Assembly: GCA_050945695.1 (NCBI GenBank)
Contig: JBMNTK010000003.1
Coordinates: forward strand, 1 to 48,812
DNA length: 48,812 nt
Origin: Anaerolineae bacterium
GTDB taxonomy: Bacteria > Chloroflexota > Anaerolineae > DRVO01
Reading direction: 5' to 3'
The stretch's first letter is position 1; every line of letters begins with the position of its first letter. The notes below the pieces were generated by a model. That model searched no databases, had not been told where the DNA came from, and saw only the letters and a list, made by a program, of their open reading frames with translations. Shown here piece after piece: positions 43,713 through 48,812 of this stretch. A program made the translations under genes and the position numbers.

Positions 43713-43740
43713 TTGACTCAGCCCGCCTCTAGGCTACAAT
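43713..43740 (+). promoter_or_regulatory. near-consensus sigma-70 promoter (TTGACT-16 nt-TACAAT)
   Basis: TTGACT at 43713-43718 and TACAAT at 43735-43740, ~75 nt upstream of the SBP start, which has AAGGAGG. Confidence 0.5.
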
Positions 43741-43817
43741 GAGCACAGACCTGCCCCGACCCACCTGCCGCCTCGCGCGGCTGTGGTTACTCGCGTCCAC
43801 ACCGAAGGAGGTAGAAG

Positions 43818-45188
43818 ATGCGCGGTACTACCAGTCTGAGCAGACGGGCTTTGTTGCGCACTGGCGTTCTGGCCGGAGGAGCAGCGGTACTGGCAGCGTG
43901 TGCTGGCGCTACGCCCGCCCCGAGTGGCGGTGCCGCCCCGGCTGCCGCCACCACCGCCCCCCAAGAGGAGCCCGCAGCAGCGTCCGTCACCGGCAGCGTG
44001 AGCATGTGGCATTTCCCCGCCACCGACGATGACATGGAGTTCATCTTCAAGCCCCTCATCACCGGCTTCAACGAGCAGTACCCCGACATCACCGTCAACG
44101 TGGAGATCCTCCCTTGGGGCGGTCGCCGGGAGAAGATGCTCACCGCCTATGCCGGCGGCGAGGCCCCGGACATCGCCTACGTCAACATCGACACCATGTC
44201 CCTCTTCGGCACCAACGGTGTCCTGCTCCCCCTCGACGACGTCGTCTCCCAAGAGGCCTGGGACGACCTGGCCGAGCGGCTAGTGCCCGGCCTGGTATGG
44301 GAAGGCGAGCGCCTCATGTACCCCTGCCAGATCTACTTCTACAACCGCCTCTACAATAAGCGGCTCTTCGAAGAGATCGGCCAGGACGTGGATAGCCCGC
44401 CCGAGACCTGGGACGATATGTTCGCGCTCGGCGAGAAGGTCAAGGCCAAGAACTACTTCCTCACCGACCTGAACACCATGGCCTGGGACACCGAGATGAT
44501 CACCACCCTTTGGCAGGCCGGCGGGCGCCTGTTCAACGACGACTTCACCAAGGTGCAGCTCGATACCGAGGCCGCCTACGACACCTGGAAGTACGAAGCC
44601 GACATGTTCCTGAACGGCTACGTGCCCAAGGAAGGGGCCGTCGGGTCGGACGCTGAGGCCGCCTCGGTGGCCGCCACCAACTACTGGATCGACGAGAAGA
44701 TGGTCCTGAGCCGGGCCAGCAACTCCCGCCAGGCCACCGACACCATGGCCCAGAACCCAGACCTCGACTTCGGGCTCTGCCCAACCCTCAAGTACAAGCG
44801 GCAGGTCGTGCTGGGCACCGGCGCCTGCTGGGGCGTGTTCAAGAACCGCCCGGCCCTGGAGCCGGTGATGAAGTGGCTCAACTACCTCATCGAGCCCGAG
44901 CCGCACGCCTTCTACTGCTCGATCACCAAGAACGTCCCTGCCCGCAATGCGGCCATGGAGTACTGGGAGGCCGAGCCTATCGTGAGGGAGTTCGGCGAGC
45001 TCCACTTCCCCTACATGGAGCTGCACCCCGACGCCACTCACTTCTGGCAGGAAGGCAAGGTCATCTGCGGTCCCTACCGCCAGGCAGCCGCCCTCGGGCT
45101 CTCCACCGTGGAAGAGGCTCTCGCCGGCGCTCAGGCGGAGTTCCAGGCTCTCGTGGACGAGTGGAACGCCAACAAGGCAAGCAGCTAA
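43818..45188 (+). CDS. ABC transporter extracellular solute-binding protein (family 1, sugar-type), Tat/lipoprotein signal
   Basis: MRGTTSLSRRALLRTGVLAGGAAVLAACAG (RR motif plus lipobox), an Ala/Pro linker, and a ~400-aa SBP body (WHFPATDDDM..., ILPWGG). Confidence 0.85.
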   Translation: MRGTTSLSRRALLRTGVLAGGAAVLAACAGATPAPSGGAAPAAATTAPQEEPAAASVTGSVSMWHFPATDDDMEFIFKPLITGFNEQYPDITVNVEILPWGGRREKMLTAYAGGEAPDIAYVNIDTMSLFGTNGVLLPLDDVVSQEAWDDLAERLVPGLVWEGERLMYPCQIYFYNRLYNKRLFEEIGQDVDSPPETWDDMFALGEKVKAKNYFLTDLNTMAWDTEMITTLWQAGGRLFNDDFTKVQLDTEAAYDTWKYEADMFLNGYVPKEGAVGSDAEAASVAATNYWIDEKMVLSRASNSRQATDTMAQNPDLDFGLCPTLKYKRQVVLGTGACWGVFKNRPALEPVMKWLNYLIEPEPHAFYCSITKNVPARNAAMEYWEAEPIVREFGELHFPYMELHPDATHFWQEGKVICGPYRQAAALGLSTVEEALAGAQAEFQALVDEWNANKASS

Positions 45189-45292
45189 CCCTTAGCTAGC
45201 ACTCACCAGGGACCGTGGCCCGGCTCCACCCGAGCCCAGCCACGGTCCCTTTTCGCACCGGCGCCGGTGCAGGATCAGGAGGCAGACATCAC

Positions 45293-46234
45293 ATGAGTAC
45301 ACTGAGGATCGGCCTGGTTGATCTCGACACTTCCCACCCAGAGAACTGGGTGCCCATCATTCGCGAGCTCGGACATGAAGTGGTGGGGGTCTTCGATGGT
45401 GGCACCGTCTGGCCCGAAGACCACGCCGCCAAGTTCGCGGAGCGCTTCTCCATCCCCCGGGTCTATGACTCCCCCGAGGCGATGGCAAAGGACGTGGACC
45501 TAGCCATCATCCATAGCGTCAATTGGGACATCCACCTGGAACGGGCCAAGCCCTTCGTGGATGCCGACAAGGCCGTGCTCATAGACAAGCCCATCGTGGG
45601 CAACCTTCGGGACGCCTACACCCTGCTGGACTGGGAGCGCCAAGGGGCCCGCATCAGCGGCGGTTCCTCCGCTCGCTTTGCCCAGCAGGTGACTGATTAC
45701 CTGGCCCTGGACGTAGAGCAGCGCGGGCGGCCGCACGTGGCCTTCGTGGCTAACGGGGTGGATGAGTTCAACTACGCCATCCACGCCTATGCCGGGCTCA
45801 TCGCCATCATGGGCACCGGCGTGCAGGGGGTCCGCACCATCGGGACCGCCAACGAGCAGGCGCAGGTAGAGCTGCGCTGGCCCGATGGCCGACGAGGCGT
45901 CCTGTCCGTGGGGCATACCACGAAGCACCTGCCCTGCGGCGCCATGGTCGTCAGTGACCGCTCCATCCACCAGTTCACCGTGGGAGGCACCGGGGGCTAC
46001 AAGTGCCTGCTGTCCGCGCTCCTGCCCTACTATGCCGGCGAGGCGAAGGCGCCCTACTCCGTGCGCGACCTCATCGAGCCGGAGTTGGCGGCCATGGCCG
46101 CCCGGCAGTCACTGCGCAGCGGCGGCGAGTACGTGCCCCTGACCGACATCCGCCTCGACGACCCGGGCTACGACGGTGCCGCCTTTGCCGCCGGATACCG
46201 GCTGGAACGCCGGGCTCGGGCTGGCATACGCTAA
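45293..46234 (+). CDS. Gfo/Idh/MocA-like oxidoreductase
   Basis: ORF trimmed to ATG 45293 (AGGAGG 10 nt upstream). N-terminal Rossmann-like LRIGLVDLDTSHPENWVPIIRELGHEVVGVFD ... VLIDKPI. Confidence 0.65.
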   Translation: MSTLRIGLVDLDTSHPENWVPIIRELGHEVVGVFDGGTVWPEDHAAKFAERFSIPRVYDSPEAMAKDVDLAIIHSVNWDIHLERAKPFVDADKAVLIDKPIVGNLRDAYTLLDWERQGARISGGSSARFAQQVTDYLALDVEQRGRPHVAFVANGVDEFNYAIHAYAGLIAIMGTGVQGVRTIGTANEQAQVELRWPDGRRGVLSVGHTTKHLPCGAMVVSDRSIHQFTVGGTGGYKCLLSALLPYYAGEAKAPYSVRDLIEPELAAMAARQSLRSGGEYVPLTDIRLDDPGYDGAAFAAGYRLERRARAGIR

Positions 46235-46259
46235 GCACCGCACTGGCAAGGAGACGTTC

Positions 46260-47330
46260 ATGAAGCAAGTGTTCCGTAACAACCGCGGCCAGGTCTACGT
46301 CAAGGACGCCCCCATGCCCCGCTTGCAGGGCAGCGGCGCCATCGTCCAGACCATCTGCTCCATCTTCGGCGAGGGCTCGGAGCTGGGCGGCATCAAAGCC
46401 ACCCGGCGGGCCATCGAGGCCGGCCAGCCCCCTGCCGAGCCCCTCCAGGAACACCCGATGTCCTACCAGTCCGTGGGCCGCATCGTCGAGCTCTCCGATG
46501 ATCTCAAGGGCGTCTATTCCATCGGCGATGTGGTCGCCTGCGCCGGCGCCGGGTTCGGCCACCATGCCGAGTACGGCTACGTGCCCAAGAACACCATGGC
46601 CAAGGTCCCCGAGGGTGTCACCCCGGAGGAAGCGGCCACCTGCAACGTCGGGCTCACCGCACTCCACTGCCTCCGCCGGGCGGGGCTGCAGCCGGGTGAG
46701 ACCATGGCAGTGATCGGGCTGGGTGTCCTGGGTCAGATCCTCGTCCAGCTCATCTACTCCTGCGGCGGCCGAGCCATCGGCACCGACCTCTACCCCCTGC
46801 GGCTGCGGAAGGCCGCCTCCATGGGCGCCGAGGCAGTGGTGGATGGCAACACCGGCGACCTGGCGGCCGAGGTGGCTGCCCGCACAGGCGGGCTCGGGGC
46901 GGATTACGTCGCCGTGTGTGTGGGTGGGCGCCAGAAGGCAGTCAATCACCTGGCGGTCAGGACGGTACGCCACAGCGGCGTGGTGCTCATGATCGGTGGG
47001 GCGGTGAACGTGGACTTCTCCGATGCCCCGCCCGATTCCAGCCCCCACATCAAGGAGATTGACCTGCGCTGGGTCTATGGCCGAGGACCGGGCAGCCGCG
47101 AGGCCGACTGGAACACCAAGGGGCTGGACTACCCGCGGCGCTTCGTGCGCTGGGACGCGCACAACAACCTGGAGGCGCTGCTGCACCTGCAGGCCACCGG
47201 AAGGCTTCGGGTAGAGCCGCTGCTCACCCACCGCTTCCCGGTGGAGAGGGCGTCGGAAGCGGCCGATCTGCTCATTGACCGCCCGGGCGAGGCCCTGGGG
47301 GTGGTCCTGGAGTACGGCACCGGCGAGTAG
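46260..47330 (+). CDS. medium-chain dehydrogenase/reductase (zinc-type ADH superfamily) protein
   Basis: ORF trimmed to ATG 46260 (AAGGAG upstream). GroES-like N-domain and Rossmann motif MAVIGLGVLGQILVQL. Confidence 0.7.
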   Translation: MKQVFRNNRGQVYVKDAPMPRLQGSGAIVQTICSIFGEGSELGGIKATRRAIEAGQPPAEPLQEHPMSYQSVGRIVELSDDLKGVYSIGDVVACAGAGFGHHAEYGYVPKNTMAKVPEGVTPEEAATCNVGLTALHCLRRAGLQPGETMAVIGLGVLGQILVQLIYSCGGRAIGTDLYPLRLRKAASMGAEAVVDGNTGDLAAEVAARTGGLGADYVAVCVGGRQKAVNHLAVRTVRHSGVVLMIGGAVNVDFSDAPPDSSPHIKEIDLRWVYGRGPGSREADWNTKGLDYPRRFVRWDAHNNLEALLHLQATGRLRVEPLLTHRFPVERASEAADLLIDRPGEALGVVLEYGTGE

Positions 47331-47342
47331 GAGGATGCCGTC

Positions 47343-48755
47343 GTGAGAAAGACAGATATAACCGTCAAAGAGGCGGAGCTACACCTGGTGGAGATGCCAC
47401 CGGCCCGGGCCACGCTCAAGTTCGGGGCCGCCACTCGCAGCTCCGACAAGCCCGCTAGACCGCAGCGCGCCTTCCTGCCGCACGTCCGGGTCCGGGTAGA
47501 GAACGGGGCCGGGCAGTCGGCCGTGGGCTGGGGCGCCATCGGCATCGGCGTGGCCTGGAGCTGGCCCAAGAGCGAGGCCGGCGAGCAGATCCGCTCCGAT
47601 GCCATGCGACAGCTCATGCAGGAGTTTTGCCAGGAGGCTACCCGGAGCAACCCCTCCGGGCATCCACTGGACATCTTCCACGATCTCGAGGCCGAGCTGC
47701 CGGCCCTGTCTAGGAAGGCCTGTGCCGCCGTGGGCCTCGCTGAGGACATGCCCTACCTGGCCTCGCTCATCTCCCTGTGCCCCCTGGACGCGGCCATCCA
47801 CGACGCCTTCGGCGTCGTCAACGGCATAGACACCTACGACGGCTACGGCCCCGACCACATGTCTGACCTGAGCCGCTACTTGGGTCCCCAGTTCAAGGGC
47901 AAGTACCTGAGCCAGTACCTCCAGCCCGCCTACAAGCCCTGGATCCCGGTGTTCCACCTGGTGGGCGGGGCAGACAAGCTCCTTCGCAGCGAGGTGGACG
48001 AGAGCGACCCCCAGGACGGGCTGCCCAACTCCTTGGACGAGTGGATCGAGCACGATCGGCTCATCTGCCTGAAGGTGAAGCTGTGCGGCACCGACCTCGC
48101 CTGGGACCTGGAGCGAACGCTGGCGGTGGAAGCGGTGGCCCGGGAGACTCAGGAGAGACTGGGAATCCGTGAGCTGCACCTCACCACCGACATGAACGAG
48201 CAGGCCGAGAGCCCGGAGTACGTGGTGGAGTTCCTGCACAAGCTGCGGGAGCGGCGCCCCTCGGCCTTCGAGGCCCTGCTGTACGTGGAGCAGCCCACGG
48301 AACGCGACCTGAACCTGCACCGGTTCGACATGTCCCCCATCGCCGCCATGAAGCCGGTCATCGTGGACGAGAGCCTGATGACCACCGCCGACTTCGACCT
48401 GGCCATGGAGCTGGGCTGGACGGGGGTGGCGCTCAAGACCTGCAAGTGCCAGTCCCATGCCTTGCTGTGCGCCGCCAAGGCCGAGGACCGGGGGGTACCT
48501 TACATGGTGCAGGACCTGACCAACCCCGGGCTGGCCCTGATACATTCGGTGGGGCTGGCGGCCCGGCTGGACACCATGATGGGGGTGGAGGCCAACTCCC
48601 GTCAGTTCCGCCCCGCCTGGAGCGAACCCGAGGCGGCCGTGCATCCCCACACCCTCTGGCCGGTGGAAGGCCGGGTGAGCACGGAGACCTTCGGGAAGCT
48701 CGGCCTGGGATACCGGATCGAGGAGATTGACCGGCCGGTGTTCCGAGGAGAGTAG
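47343..48755 (+). CDS. enolase-superfamily enzyme (mandelate racemase/muconate-lactonizing-like, sugar-acid dehydratase or epimerase type)
   Basis: GTG start with AGGAGG upstream. Barrel motifs ICLKVKLCG (K-x-K), LTTDMNE, LYVEQP, VIVDESL (the three metal-ligand positions D/E/D-like) and VALKTCK. Confidence 0.75.
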   Translation: MRKTDITVKEAELHLVEMPPARATLKFGAATRSSDKPARPQRAFLPHVRVRVENGAGQSAVGWGAIGIGVAWSWPKSEAGEQIRSDAMRQLMQEFCQEATRSNPSGHPLDIFHDLEAELPALSRKACAAVGLAEDMPYLASLISLCPLDAAIHDAFGVVNGIDTYDGYGPDHMSDLSRYLGPQFKGKYLSQYLQPAYKPWIPVFHLVGGADKLLRSEVDESDPQDGLPNSLDEWIEHDRLICLKVKLCGTDLAWDLERTLAVEAVARETQERLGIRELHLTTDMNEQAESPEYVVEFLHKLRERRPSAFEALLYVEQPTERDLNLHRFDMSPIAAMKPVIVDESLMTTADFDLAMELGWTGVALKTCKCQSHALLCAAKAEDRGVPYMVQDLTNPGLALIHSVGLAARLDTMMGVEANSRQFRPAWSEPEAAVHPHTLWPVEGRVSTETFGKLGLGYRIEEIDRPVFRGE

Positions 48756-48812
48756 CGGGGAGGCTCACGCCAAAGCGCTAAGACGCCAAGAGGAGCAATG
48801 GCAGGGCGGCCT

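Overview
Visibly G+C-rich bacterial chromosomal window (GC not computed). It is densely coding on both strands, with about 40 supportable CDS. I saw no rRNA, tRNA, CRISPR array, transposase, integrase or phage genes. All family calls come from motif recognition by eye on the supplied translations, and no database search was run. The ORF track includes stop codons and counts GTG/TTG as starts. Many long ORFs are antisense GC artefacts, and several 5' ends were trimmed to the start that has a GGAGG-type Shine-Dalgarno.

Gene content, left to right:
- two tandem secreted TolB/PD40-like propeller proteins
- DUF72, an RDD membrane protein, a zinc-ribbon membrane protein and a standalone MetH-activation-domain protein
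- a GH4 glycosidase
- a zinc-ribbon membrane gene split by an in-frame TGA
- recJ and an AbrB-family membrane protein
- two GNATs plus a cytosolic-carboxypeptidase-like M14 enzyme
- a DegT aminotransferase and a bacterial RIO kinase preceded by a promoter/SD/21-codon mini-ORF
- argO and a TipA-like MerR regulator with a textbook 19-bp-spacer operator-promoter
- an alpha/beta hydrolase and an M20 peptidase
- a gamma-alpha-cytochrome c GMC dehydrogenase operon with an atypical diheme subunit
- a ceramidase-like protein and a class-C-type serine hydrolase
- an ECF sigma gene overlapping a PD40-propeller anti-sigma gene
- a ROK / PIG-L / ASKHA amino-sugar module and a SAM methyltransferase
- an internally duplicated Cys-rich (DUF6062-like) protein behind two giant beta-helix/multi-propeller surface proteins
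- a solute-binding protein plus three oxidoreductase/enolase-superfamily enzymes

The most unusual non-genic signal is a mosaic of at least four short GC-rich hairpin repeat families. These recur only in intergenic gaps, including a ~680-bp non-coding island.

The best candidates for an undescribed system are two. One is the minus-strand block 29683-43527 (ECF sigma, propeller anti-sigma, giant propeller/beta-helix surface proteins, Cys-rich protein). The other is the atypical three-subunit dehydrogenase. The repeat types, the propeller expansion and strong SD usage suggest a Chloroflexota-like organism, but this is inference only.
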